Position numbers and translations under genes: made by a program. Positions 1-13,177 of a stretch of DNA of 64,000 bases are shown one piece after another; the stretch's first letter is position 1; every line of letters starts with the position of its first letter. The notes beneath the pieces are model-generated. The model made no database searches. It saw only the letters and a list, made by a program, of their open reading frames with translations, and was not told where the DNA came from. The stretch comes from Selaginella moellendorffii (Eukaryota; Plantae; Lycopodiophyta), in contig NW_003314271.1 in the NCBI RefSeq assembly GCF_000143415.4, positions 1,966,806 to 2,030,805 of the forward strand, given 5' to 3'.

Positions 1-2400
1 ACATTAAAATGCCACTTCACACTTCTCATTCTAACCATGAATAATAGTATGTTTCGATATGTTGTAGAGAAGATTGGTCAAGGGGGCTATTATCTTTAAA
101 AAGTCCTTCATAAATCATCGAAAAACTCCAGCCATACCAAAGAAACTACATAGATTATGCACTATTGAAAGTATAAGCCAATCAATTACGACCTGAATCT
201 TTGCGGGATTAACTCTCACTCCATGTACTAAAATCAAATGCTTAAAATATCCAATCTCCTCCAAGAAAAACTCGCACTTTAATAATTTTGAGTAAAGCTT
301 GTTTTCCCTTAAAAGTTGCAAAACACTTCACACATGCATCTTATATTCCTCCACTAAAAAGTTGAATACTAGGATATCATCAAAATAATTAGTTGCACAC
401 TTTCCCAAATAAGGTTGTAGAACTTAATTCATCAATCTCTGAAAAGTTGCAAGAGCATTTGTCAAACCAAACAGCATCACCCAAAACTTGTAGTAATCCG
501 TCCTTGTCCGAAATGTAGTTTTCGGAACATCCTTTAGCTTGACACAAATTTAATGATACTCTTGCCTCAAATCAATCTTCAAAAAATATTGAGCATCACA
601 AAGACTATCAAGCAAATCATTGATATAAGGGATTGGGAATATATTCTTCACCATTCTATTATTCAATCCCTTGTAGTTCACGCAGAGATGCCATATACCA
701 TCTTTTTTCTTGACCATCACCACTAGAGCAGCCTAAAGAGACTTGTTAATCTGTAGCCACCTTTTCCAAAAGTATTTAGCAAGCTGCCTATTAATCTCCT
801 CATCTTCAGCAGGATTAGTATGAGTTGGTTGTTGCTGATAAGAAGTAGCTCCAGAACCTCATGTTGAATTCCATATTCTGGAGGCAAACCATTAGGCAAC
901 TTATCCGGAAATATATTATAGAATTCCTCTTGAATGAAATTCACCTGAGCCCCAAACCCACGAATGTACTCCAAACCAGATATGATCATATTAGAAAGAA
1001 ACGGGTACACTATAAAAGAACTAGCTATCTCATGTATATAAATCAAGTATTAACGAATGGAGTATCACTATTGTCTATTTTAACAAAAAATTTTTTATAG
1101 TGCCACCAACTTCAATATGTAGAATATTACGCTCCTAATTAATCCCTAGCTTCTTATCATAAAACCATTCCTTGCCAAGAATAACATTTATGCAACTAAG
1201 ATCCATAACTTAGAACAAAGGATGGTTAAGAATCCTCTAAACCATCAAAGGAACGCTTGGAGCCCATTCATTGTAAACACAAGTGTTATAACCATTTGCC
1301 ATAACCACCTTGTAAATTACTGAATTCTTTTTCACATGTAAACCAAATTTCTTCACCACCTTAGAACTCAAAAAGTTGTGAGTATCACCTGAATTGAAAA
1401 GAATATTAACATCATAACCCTGAATGTCCCTCTTGGCCTTTACAAGTTGATTTCACATAGAACCATTAATCTCTACAGCATTGATATGAACTCGAAACTT
1501 AGATTTTGGAACTTTTGCCATAAGGTGTGGAAAAACCACTATAGTAAATGCTTGATTTGTATCCACGATAAATTCCATCACATTCACCTTAACATTCTTT
1601 AATCCTTTCACAATAAAACAATCCTTGCTATGATATCTAGCTTTGTGACAATGAAAACAATTGCCTTCCATCTTGTCTTTCTCACTTTTGGCTTTATTAT
1701 TATCTCCATTCTTTGAGTCATGACAGAACAATGGCTATTTCTTCCCCAAAAATGAAGTTTTGGCAGGTTTGACTACCCCTTAAACCATCTTGTTGACTAA
1801 AGTGATTGGGTGAAAAGATCTGAACTTTGGGGATAGCATTAGTCAATATGGCTGGAAAATCCTTTTTGACCTTTTGTTGTATATCCACAAATCTCAAACT
1901 TTTGATGAAACATTACACCTTTAACAACTCATTATAAGTGCCTATGAGATTAAGGCAAAGATCACGGAACTTGTAGGCATATGCATCCAAAAACAAAGTC
2001 CCTTACCAAATCTCTAACAATCGGTTCACAGAATCAATCTCTTCAAATTTCTTGACAAATAAAGTATGAAAAACCTTTGTCAATTCAATCCAAGAAGTTA
2101 ACTTTGGATTAGTTTTGATGTAGTTCTTCCACCACAATGAAGCATGGTCTGTAAGTTTCTTCACAAAAAAATCAATCTTCATTTTATCTTTACAATGATT
2201 GTGAGATTAACAACTTTCCCACAATTATCAACCTCCTGATTATCACAAACATCCAGTGATACCATAATCTTTGGCATGTTTGACATACTAGTAATAATCA
2301 TAGACATGAGATTGATTAACCTTCTTAATGTCATTCTAAACCTTAGAAATCTTGCGTATCATCAAAAGTTTCTTATAGCCATCATCACTAATGTTATACT
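1..2400 (-). mobile_element. Degenerate Ty3/gypsy retrotransposon internal region (gag zinc knuckle, protease, RT remnants), truncated by the window start
   Basis: ORF 1453-1731 has CFHCHKARYHSKDC (CCHC knuckle). ORF 723-1046 has FPDKLPNGLPP. ORF 115-321 has LLRENKLYSKLLKCEFF...GVRVNPAKIQVVIDW (gypsy RT C-terminus). Many stops and frameshifts. Confidence 0.85.
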
Positions 2401-2655
2401 CATTAGGATCAAAAAGAACATGTTACTATGATATCAATAAAACAAACAAGAGAGTAAACTTTAAGCCAACTTCTCAACTCTTAAAGTTAAATCCCACAAG
2501 CTATAAAATATTTTTGGAATATTTTTGTGATTTGTGTCAAACTCAATCACGTGGGGGTTTACTGTCTCTAGACACCTACCTTTTGTTAAAATTGCATGTG
2601 ATGGGGAACCCAAAAGAAGCATTGTAACTTGGGTTAACACTTGCTCGATCGAGCA

Positions 2656-5600
2656 ATGTTAGACGTGCGCCAGGCACTGCGCCATCGGAATCCAGGCTAC
2701 CTCCAGCTCGCCAGCACTGCTGCCACCAGCATTTCGACGAGGAGGTGCAGAATCAGATGCGAGGCTTCTTCCACCAGGGAATCTCTGGCGCTGATAGTGC
2801 AGCACTGCGCAAAAGGTGAGAACTATCCCCAGATCGATGAGAGAATCTTGCTCGACGTCGGTGGCCTTGATCTCCGATTGCTCATGACCTCCGCTGCCGC
2901 AATCCGTGACTCTAGGCCCGACTCTAGTATCATCACTTTCTCGCCAAAGGCATTTATTCCTTTGACGAGAGCATGCCGGGATTCCTGTGGCTACTGCGCT
3001 TTTGCTCGAGCTCCAAAGCCTGGGAAGCCGGTTTATATGTCTCTGGACGAAGTTTTGAGCGTTGCTAGCCGCGCTGCGGAGCTGGGATGCACGGAGGCAC
3101 TCTTTACACTCGGGGACAAGCCAGAACTTCTTTATCCACAGGCCAAAGAAGAGGTAAGTTCTTCGAAGTTTTAAAAAGGAGGACTTTCATGTTTCTGCAA
3201 TGACCTTTACTTTCTTTCTTCCTTTGTGCTTTTGCAGCTTGCGTCACTGGGCCACTCCACGACTATTGAGTATGTTGCTGAGGCTGCTAAGTTAGTGCTC
3301 GAGAAAACTGGACTTCTTCCTCATGTCAATGCAGGGGTGATGTGCAAAGAAGACGTGTCACTTCTGAGAAGCGTCTCCGTTAGTCAGGGCTTGATGCTTG
3401 AGTCGACTGCTTCGAGCCTTGCTGAACCCGGCGGCCCGCACTTTAATTGTCCAGACAAAGTTCCCTCCGCCCGGATTGCAACTATTGCAATCGCAGGCAT
3501 GTAACTTTTCATTTGTTAACTCCTTCCTTTCTGTACTCTAAACTTTTGTTCAGGTGAGCTCAAGGTGCCTTTCACGTCCGGCCTGCTGGTTGGTATTGGT
3601 GAAACCAGGTCCGATCGAATCAAGAGCTTGCTGCTCCTACGTGGGCTTCATGAAAAATATGGCCATATCCAGGAGCTCATCATTCAGAACTTTCGAGCAA
3701 AGAAAGGCACCCCAATGGAAAATGCAGCAGAGCCAAATATTGACGAGCTCCTGTGGACTGTAGCCATGGCACGGATTTTATTCGGTCCAGACATGAGCAT
3801 TCAAGCGCCACCAAACTTGACACCAAGGCAAGTGAACCATGACCTCAGTTTGCACTGGACTTTAACGATGTTGCAGAGATGACACAAAAGAAGGAGTTGA
3901 GTGGGAGCTTCTTATCAATGCAGGAATAAACGACTGGGGCGGAATTTCTCCCTTAACAAGAGATTGGGTGAATCCCGAGGTGCTTCCTTTCTTTGATTCT
4001 GTTTTCTTTTATCATTTCTTCTAATGTCATACTCTGATTGCCTGTTTTGCAGCTACCGTGGCCGCACATCAGAAGCTTAGCCAGTGCGACAATGCAGTGC
4101 GACAAACTACTCGTTCCAAGGCTGCCTGTATACCCGTCATATATTCGCAACTTTTCGTCGTGGCTGGTATAGCGTTGTTTTTGGAAAAGCTTGTCCACTT
4201 CCTCTTGACTTACGTTTTGCCAGGATCCCAACGTCTTGCGATATGCACTCGCAAGCTCTAACAGTCTGGGCTACGGTCGAGCGGATCCTTGGTCACCAGG
4301 TTGCAATGCTACCACTGACTGGAGTCAAATGAACAACGCTACAACCTCATCTGTTTATGTCGGCATACAGGGAAATGTTTCGTGCAATGCCTGTACGTAG
4401 GCTTCAGTTTTCCTTGCGTCTGTTAAACTTCTGTTTGTTTTTTTTTAATAGCCGCGAGAGCAAGCAGCCGTGTGGAATATATAGTGGATAAGGGCGTGGC
4501 AGGAGAGGATTTGACCAGAGTACATTGTTGCTTTGTCAACTCACTGACTTATCCATTTCTTGTGTCAGGATGAAATAACTATGCTATTCTATTCCATGGG
4601 ACCAGATTTTGACTATATATGTTCTTCAGCGAATAGGCTACGTGAATCAGTAAATGGGAATAAGGTAACGAAGTTTTGACGCGCGCACATTTTGATTGTA
4701 TTTTCAGGTAACATATGTTGTAAACAGAAACATCAACTATACCAACGTTTGTAGCTACAAATGCCAATTCTGCGCTTTCAGGTATCTTGTCGCACTGTGA
4801 AATAAGACCTTTTAAACTTGTATGTATCAGCAAAGGAAAGCAGAACGAGAATCTAAGAGGAAAGCCATACAGGTTGATACTTGATTGCTTTGATGCTCTC
4901 AGTTCTAATTATGTCTTTTCGTAGCTTGTCACTGGAAGAAATATCTCGTAGGACTATTGAAGCCCGTGAAAGAGGAGCGACGGAAGTATGCATGCAGGTA
5001 ACAAGATCTTCAGGGTATGAGATACGACGAGCTGTTTCAGGGAGGAATTCACCCCGATTACACTGGCGAAACATACTTGGAAATTCTGAAAACTGTGAAA
5101 TCAGCGGTGCCTGGTATCCACGTGCATGCATTCTCGCCTTTGGAAGTTTACCAAGGTGCTTCAACCAGCAACATGAGGTACTCAATTGTCGAGATGTGAA
5201 CGTCCGTGGCTCGGTTTATTTTAATTCTCTGGCTTCCAGTGTTGAAGAGTTCCTTGTGCAGTTGAAGGCCGCTGGACTTGGTTCTCTTCCTGGAACTGCA
5301 GCCGAGGTAACAAATTTCGGTGTGCTTGTATGACTTGATCAGTGATGGTAGCAGATCTTAGACGACGAGGTGCGAAACGTTTTGTGTCCTGACAAACTCA
5401 AAACAAACCAGTGGCTCGAGGTAATGCGTGTTCGAGTTCCATATCGAAACTTGCCAAGATTTTTACTAGGTGATGGAAGCTGCTCATAGTATTGGATTGA
5501 AGACTACATCAACCATTATGTTCGGACATATGGACTGTCCGTCTCACTGGTAAGACTTCAATTCTCGGCTCATTCTTGTGCTGGTTCAAAGTACGTTCAC

Positions 5601-6181
5601 TTTCAGGGCAACGCATCTGCAACTCATTAAAAGCCTACAGAAGAAAACCGGCGGCTTCACAGAGTTTGTGCCACTACCGTTTGTACACATGCAGGTTTGA
5701 GACGTTGTTTGAAAGCTCTTTCTTTTCTGACCATACTGCTTCTCTAGGCTCCAATTTTTGTCAAAGGCCGGGCGAGAAAGGGGCCAACAAGAAGGGAATG
5801 CGTCCTCATGCATGCAGTCTCTCGTCTGGTGCTGCATCCCCACATCACAAATATACAGGTACTATCGATGTATTGCTAGAGTTTAACGTGTTTTTTCCTT
5901 CAAAGTTGCAGGCTTCCTGGGTGAAAATGGGAGCCGATGGAGCTCAGTTCCTTTTGGCTGTTGGCTGTAACGACATGGGCGGCTGCTTGATGAACGAGAG
6001 CATCTCAAAAGCGGCAGGGGCTTTACATGGTAAATAGAAAGCTCTGCATTCATATCTTTGATATAATTCTGCGAAACTAGGTGAAGAACTTACAGCCTCG
6101 GCGATTAAGGAGCTCATCCATTCCATGGGACGAGTTCCGGTACAGAGAAGCACTTTGTACAAAGAAATGGTCCACCACTAG
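2656..6181 (+). CDS. FO synthase (7,8-didemethyl-8-hydroxy-5-deazariboflavin synthase), fused CofG+CofH (FbiC-type), many short introns
   Basis: CofG half: [76 protein letters not shown]. CofH half: [25 protein letters not shown] (~4708-4781), [83 protein letters not shown]. Last exon ends [12 protein letters not shown] at 6181. Confidence 0.93.
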
Positions 6182-6316
6182 TGGTGAGTTTCCCATTCAT
6201 TCAAGAAAACCATTCTAACTTTTTACTAGAATGGATGAAGAATATGGCAATCGAAGTCTCTTGAGGTAAGCCTTTTATACATACACATAATACAGTTTTT
6301 CGTTTCATACAACTGT

Positions 6317-7096
6317 TTAATATCCCTTGTGGTGGTGTTGCAAGAAAGGGTGCCTCAAGGCTTCGTCCAGTGTTATTCTCTTTGCCGGATCATTGTCGAT
6401 CATCTTGTTGATAAGATCCATCGCCGCGGCTGGGCACTGTTGGAAATCTATCTTCCGATCTTCGGGAGCCTTTAGCTCCAGCATGAAGTAAAGGATGAGT
6501 CCCAACGCGTACACGTCCACCCTCTCATCGTAGCTTCCCTGGAATATCATCTCTGGGGCCATGTAGTTCCAGGTGCCCGTCACCTCGTGGAGCTTGCCTC
6601 CCTTTTCAATCTCCACAGCCGTGCCAAAATCGCCGACCTTGAGCTCCCGTTTCTTCGTTACCAAAACGTTCTCCGGCTTGAGATCCCGGTGAACAATTCC
6701 GGCGTGATGCATTGCTTTGATTGTCTTGACGAGATGCCGAAAGTGTTGGGCTATTTGGATCTTATCGTACTCGATCACGCCGGTGGCCATGGCCGTGACT
6801 AGGTCGCACTCGCACAATTCCATAACCATGCAGGAACACGTTGAATCGCAGTGCGCCTTTTTAAGGCACACCACTCCGTGAAGGTTATGAAGCTTCTTCA
6901 TTATCGCCGCTTCATGGCTTTGAGATTTCTCCCTCTCAACGTCCAGTATCTTACACGCCACCTTTTTCTTCTTGATCCACCTCGACTTCTCCCGCAGCTC
7001 GAACACTCCACCGTACGCGCCTCGCCCAAGCTCACGAAGAACGTCGTAGTGTGCGGTCACCCACTCCGGCATAACAACAGTCGCCGCACACGCCAT
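6317..7096 (-). CDS. Intronless Ser/Thr protein kinase (CAMK-like, kinase domain only)
   Basis: LGRGAYGGV, VACK, HRDLKPEN, DFG, TWNYMAPE, DVYALG and RITLDEALRHPF in one ORF. First ATG (MACAAT) at 7096. Confidence 0.9.
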   Translation of the reverse strand: MACAATVVMPEWVTAHYDVLRELGRGAYGGVFELREKSRWIKKKKVACKILDVEREKSQSHEAAIMKKLHNLHGVVCLKKAHCDSTCSCMVMELCECDLVTAMATGVIEYDKIQIAQHFRHLVKTIKAMHHAGIVHRDLKPENVLVTKKRELKVGDFGTAVEIEKGGKLHEVTGTWNYMAPEMIFQGSYDERVDVYALGLILYFMLELKAPEDRKIDFQQCPAAAMDLINKMIDNDPAKRITLDEALRHPFLQHHHKGY

Positions 7097-7160
7097 AGCT
7101 CCGAAGAAATGAGCGCGTCTATTCTTACGCAAAAGGGGCGAGCAAGGGTTCTAAAGAGGG

Positions 7161-7200
7161 ATTTTTATACTGTTCCGTAACCTTTTGAGATGACGTGGCA
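7161..7200 (-). promoter_or_regulatory. Putative kinase promoter: TATA-like box and G-box/ABRE
   Basis: GTATAAAAAT on the minus strand at 7161-7170 and TGACGTGGCA at 7191-7200, about 65-100 nt upstream of the kinase ATG. Confidence 0.45.
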
Positions 7201-7235
7201 TTTCGTGCTTATTTTAGATTAATATTAAATTGGAG

Positions 7236-10200
7236 TTAGGAAAGCTCAAAACCAGAATTGGAGCGGATTGCGTACTGAAGCTTTTCTCTGAGAGTTCCAA
7301 TGCGCCTGTATGCAGGTAGCTTCGTTGCAACGAAACCGAGAGTAAGTGAAAATGCGGTGAGAAAAGTCGGGAGCGCAGCAAACCTTCAATATGTTATAGC
7401 AAGTAGACGCGCTTGGGAGTCGATCGACATCTTGGCCAGCTAGAAACGTCCACACTGGAGCATCACTTGTCACCTAAGAAAGAAAAACGGGAACGAGCTA
7501 AAACCGTTGATGCTTAAGATTGCCAAACCTTGTGGATTGTAAACGGAGGCTGCAAGTGTTTGAATCCCAGCAAAGGTGCACGAGAGCAGCTCGTTACAAA
7601 TTTGAGCACAGCGCATCTTTCTTTGACATCGAGTTGCTCAAGCACCTGGGACAGTTTCCACGCTCAAAACAGCACCAAATAATAGCAGGTAGTTTCCTTA
7701 CCTCCCAAAACAGCTTGACCGTGCGGCTGGTTACACTGTAACCTCCAGTGTACCGGGTGTTGGCCTTCAAGTCGTTCACGTCGAAGTCGTGCTCTTCACC
7801 TGAAAGAAGCTGCAACGAGATCTTCAGGACGGTGTTGTAGACAAAAGATAGCATACCTGGTTAAATTCCTTGGCATTAAACAAACCCAGCCACGAAGGAG
7901 AGATTAAATCTGTAAGGCCTCTCACAAACGCATTAACTACTGGTCGCACCTAAGAACAAAGACAAACGGTGCTGAGAAGAAGTTAGCAAGAGGCGACTAT
8001 ACCTGACGATTTAGCTTGTAATCGGCCATAGCATGGACATACTGCAGCTTGTTAGCGTCAGTCACAGGGATTTTGTCTCCTCCCTGCACCAGATCAATAA
8101 CCTTTCGCTTTCCAAAATATTCTTCCGTTACAGTGAAGTCCAGAGCCATATCTGAAACGTCACCTTCATAATTCTGTCAACGAAACATTAGACAGCCAAG
8201 TTTTTGAAAACGACCAAAACCAACCTTGAGGTACATCAGATTCCGATGAAGTTCACCATCGAGACTAGAGAGATCGTCAATAGGACAGTAACGACCCAGG
8301 ATCTTGGATACGAATACTGGAGAAAATAAATGTTCCAGCAGAATACCTTCGTACAAGGCCTTCCCAACGATGCGACCCAAAAACTCAATCGTTCGTAATC
8401 CCTGACCAAGGCTGCTCGCAGCTGGATGAGGAAACAAAAACCGTTCTTCCGTGGCAGTTTGTTGAAACAAGCCGTAGCTACAGGAGGTACGTTAAACCGA
8501 TTATATAGATTATAAGTCTGATTGCTTACCCAGGATCAAATGCAGCTTTCGCCAAGTCCGTAAGGAACTCTTTAAAAAGCCCGCCATAGTCGAGCCCTGC
8601 TTCCGTAAGACCATGCTCGTTCACAAAGGAAACGTTGATGCAGCCTTTAAATCTTGCGCCCAAGGCACCAAGCTGTTGAAAGCCATCTTCGACAATACGA
8701 TCTCTTCGAATCGAAATCTCTATCGAACCGGGACCCGGTCCTACTATTTCCCCTTCTATTTTCCTCAAAGTTTTATCGCTGTTGATAAACTCCCGAAAGA
8801 TTTGCACTCTGCCAACGTAGTCAGTACGAGCATGCAACAAAGAATGAGATACCTCTCCTCAAATGGTAACACGTGAGGCATGGTCGTCAATATGGAGCCA
8901 ATTGCTGACGCTTCTCCCGCTTTCGAGACCGACGCGGCTTCGTGTGCTCTTGCAGCTGCAGCAATAGCAGGTCGCATTTCCGTGGCAGGCGCAAGCCATA
9001 ATGCAGCTGGGCAGAAGCTGCGCCGGCTATCCCTTTCATACAATGCTCGTAAACACCTAGTCGAAGCTTCCATCAGCGTCGCATATTGAGTCCTTCCAGC
9101 CAAAAAGAAGCCATGATAGAGCATAGTGTTTAGAGCAGCACTTATCAGCCTTTGCTCGTCGATGGAAAAGGGAACCTGCAACAATCGCTAAGACAACCCG
9201 CCATGCATCAAAAGGACGAGCTGTACCTGCTTGTCGTAAAACTCGTTGTCGTCAAGAACGAGTAGCAAATGCGCATACAGCGTGCAGAAAAGCGTTAGAA
9301 CTGAAGCTGCATCCTCTGAAAGAGCAGCCGGGCCACCCTTCAACTGTTCAATATGCCACTGACCATCGTCATGCACTTCAGAAATGGACTCGCTGGAGGC
9401 AGACTTTGTTCTCTTCAGGAAAGTATTAGCCAGCTTGCTTGAAAGTTGACGTGAACTCTGTTCTTTTGCTGGTAAGGCTCCCCTGCTCTCTGGCATCTTC
9501 ACAATTTTTAGTTGTATGCTGCTCATGAACCAGTTCCAAAGCTGCGGAAGAAGTTCCTTGGTAAATGCTAGCACGTTTAGCACGGGTAGCGCACCTCCTC
9601 CAAAGTTCAAAACTGAGAATGTTGTGAGCAAGTAAGAGTAGAGCCTTGCAATGTTTGGGAGCCCAACGGATGATGATGTAGCCTTCTCCAAAAGCTGTAA
9701 CACTTGTCGTTGATCAAACAGTGGTCTTAGGAGACGAATGAAGGAGTCCAAAGCAGCGCCACCACACCGAGAATGCAGCTCGGTATAATCTTCAGTATCC
9801 TCATCGCCGGAGTCTTCATAACTTCTTTTCCTCTCTCGAACTTCCTCAATCCAAGGTGTCATACTGTGCAGGAGGCAACAAACTGCTTCCACGAAATGAC
9901 TGTACATTGGTTCGCTCAGAGATCCAACTGAAACGATGCTTACGACGTTGGTGAGACTCCATGCTTGATGTGGAACATTGCTGTCCTTTTCTGACAAAAC
10001 GGTAATGCCAAAAGTCTGCTTAAGTAGAAAAAACTTAGTTTTCATCTAGCATAGAATCTCTTGAGCAACCAACCTTGTACGCGCGAAGGCAAACAGCCAA
10101 AACATTTTCATGTTGAAAGGCAGGAACGAGACCTGCAGGAAGACGTTCTATGAGGCATGGAACTGTTAAAACGTGTCTACATATTTGTGCTGCTGCTTTG

Positions 10201-11191
10201 CCTTTCCAGTCTTCCAAATCTCGAGCGTACCTTTGACACGAAAGCTCGGCAGCAATAGCGTGGAACGGACGAAATGCCATGGTGATCAAACTGGCAGTCA
10301 CTAAGAAGCTTTCCTTGGTTTCAAGATCTGCCGTATTGCCTTCCATTAGATACGCATGAGCTGCGTAGTAAAACCCGCTGTTTCCTGCTCCAAACCACTG
10401 CACTATCTCTGAAGTTACGGCACCTGTTTCTCGCTGTCTGTCCTCAAACCCGTTCCACAACTTCGAATCGGTCAGTGTTACCAATAGTCGCATGGCCAGT
10501 GCCAGTAAGGAAGTGGAAACCGCATCGCTACGTCGCCTTCCTATGAGAATAGCCGAGCAGATTGTTAAGAGTCGATGAACTTGATAGAACCACTGAGCTT
10601 TTCGACTCGGTGTGCCGCAAGCAAGTTTGCAAAAATTCCTGGCATCTAAAGAAGAAAGTTAAATAGAGAAAAATCGATGCTGCTACTCACACCTGGAAAG
10701 TTTACGCTTTGAAGAAGAGCTTGGAAACAAATTGAGACGCGCTGGAGATCCTTGACGAAGAAACTTCGTGTAAGCCAGCTTAAGTTCCTCGTAAAGAAGA
10801 TAAATGGCCTGAGAATATCATCTGCAAACGCTTCGGCACTGACAATGCCCGATCGATGAATTTCCTCAACCCGCTCGTCCCACAGCAGCTGGATGGCATT
10901 CACGGCAATTCTCGCCGCCCGGCGGCTCCTCCAGATCCTCTAAAACACCAGAGATTATGCGATTTTCGGGCAAAACGATCGGCCTGGCTCACCTGAACCG
11001 TCAGTGTTGCTGCCAGCGTTCTCCTCTGGAGGACTCGAGAAGCTCGATCCCTGGCGATTTTCTCCAGCAACACATCCCTGGAATCCTCCTTGGCGCTGGC
11101 GCCGCGCAGCGACACCTGATCAAAGCCACATTTTCAGAGGATCTAAATGACCTAGAATTTCTCTTACGCGGCCTGTCAATGGCGCCTCCAT
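7236..11191 (-). CDS. UPL7: HECT E3 ubiquitin-protein ligase, UPL7 type (multi-exon)
   Basis: N-terminal [28 protein letters not shown] motifs [44 protein letters not shown] and [15 protein letters not shown] (catalytic Cys). C-terminus [12 protein letters not shown] at 7236. The start codon at 11191 is inferred from a short first exon. Confidence 0.92.
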
Positions 11192-11629
11192 TGGCGCTCC
11201 CGGGCACTACACTGTGAAAGAAAAAGACCAGGGAGACGCATCGCCGCCGCCCGTCACATCCACATCCAACGGCCACAACCCTGACAGCCTGTTGGCGCAT
11301 CCAACCGTTGGATCTAACGGTGGAGACAACTCACAAAGCGTGAGATAGGGGATGCCGGCTTTGTCAGCGCAATGAGGAAATGTGGGCGGCATTCGCAGGA
11401 ATGTTTAGCTCGCGCCATAGCGCCATGGATACAGCTGTGAGGCGGGATCGCGCATTCCCTAGTCAGGAGATCGGGGGCGCGGATGCGTGGATTTGCCGCG
11501 GCCAGGTTCTTGCCATCGCTGATCTTTGGAAACCTAGAGATCTGAGGTACACTGATTAGCAAATGCGAGTGCCAGGCAATGGAATTTTGGTGTGTTTTCT
11601 TTCCAGCAGTGCCTGAGACGCCCGCAAAG

Positions 11630-13177
11630 ATGATCAATCGATCGCTGCTGTTGACGTATTTGTACCTTCTAATTTACATCACGCTTTCTTCTGGCGTGAT
11701 NNNNNNNNNNNNNNNNNNNNNNNNNNNNNNNNNNNNNNNNNNNNNNNNNNNNNNNNNNNNNNNNNNNNNNNNNNNNNNNNNNNNNNNNNNNNNNNNNNNN
11801 ACTATGGATTTCCTTATCCCATCTCACTTACGATGATACACATGGGATTCTCTGGAGTTGTCACGTTTTTCCTTGTGCGTGTTTTGAAGGTGAGCTATTT
11901 TTTTCCGTGGAATACATGTTCTAGCGTTTTTCTTCAGGTGGTCACTCCAGTCAAAATGACGTTCGATATGTGAGTATTATCAAGCGGTTTCAATCGTTTC
12001 CTGAGGATGGTTTTTTGTTTTGGCAGATATATATCTTGCGTTGTGCCGATAAGCGCGTTTTTTGCTTCCAGCCTTTGGTATAGTATAAACGTTTCTATAC
12101 ATTTCCCTAAGCTTTTGCATGGTTTCAGGTTTGGAAACACTGCTTATCTCTACATTTCCGTGGCTTTCATCCAGATGCTCAAAGCTTTGAGTAAGTTTCC
12201 AGCTTCCGTTTGCATAATGCTCTCACACTTTCTTTGTTGCTAGTGCCTGTAGCAACATTCATGATGGCTGTTTCGTGCGGAACGGATAAAGCTAGATGGG
12301 ATCTGTTTCTAAACATGCTGCTCGTCAGCGTTGGAGTGGCAGTTTCTTCTTACGGTGAAATCCACTTCAACGTCATCGGTACATTCTTCCAAGTGACAGG
12401 GATTGTCTGTGAAGCTCTGCGACTAGTACTCACGCAAGTACTTCTGCAAAAGAAGGGCCTGACATTGAACCCCATCACCAGTTTATATTACATCGCCCCA
12501 TGCAGGTATGTGACTTCTGGTTTCCCCTTTAGATTGTAAAATTCTGTTTTTGTTTTAGTTTTTTGTTCTTGTTTTTCCCCTGGATTGTTTTGGAGAAGCC
12601 GGCTATGGAAGTTGAACACTGGAAATTTAGCTTCTGGGTGTTTTTTACGAATGCACTGTGTGCTCTGGCGCTGAACTTCTCAATCTTCCTCGTGATTGGG
12701 AGGACAGGGGCTCTCACTGTCAGAGTGGCCGGAGTCCTGAAAGACTGGCTGCTGATAGCGCTTGGAACCATCCTTTTCCCAGAATCCAAGCTCACGGGAT
12801 TAAATATCATCGGATACGCTATTGGTAACGCTGTCTCAAATCATGCATCAGTGCTAATATTTTGGAACTCGGTGTTTTCAGCACTCTCCGGAGTTGTGCT
12901 GTACAACTATTTGAAAATGCGGGACGCAACCATTGTCCACCAGATTTCTCTTGTGGATGTAGACAAGCCAAAGGTTTGGAACCACGACCCGGTTGCTCAA
13001 GTCTTTTACTAAAGACGCGTGTATGTTTCTCAGGAATGGCGGCTCGATAAGAAAGACTCCGACGTGCTCGAGAAAGATATTCCAGCCAATGCAAGCATGC
13101 CTGTTGGAGACGAGGAGGCCCCTCTCATTCCCTCTAGTCGTTTTCAGCGTAATCAAAGTGGGAACCATGATGTATAG
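11630..13177 (+). CDS. TPT-family nucleotide-sugar / sugar-phosphate transporter (multi-exon; 100-N gap at 11701-11800 inside)
   Basis: [96 protein letters not shown]. Ends NQSGNHDV*. Confidence 0.9.

Noticed and set aside
2656-6181. Bacterial or archaeal contamination, or recent HGT, of cofGH/fbiC
   Set aside because: The gene has many spliceosomal introns and a eukaryotic leader and sits among plant genes, so it is long resident.
11701-11800. N runs here and at 55939-56038 as biological features
   Set aside because: They are 100-N scaffold gaps; ORFs crossing them are artefacts.
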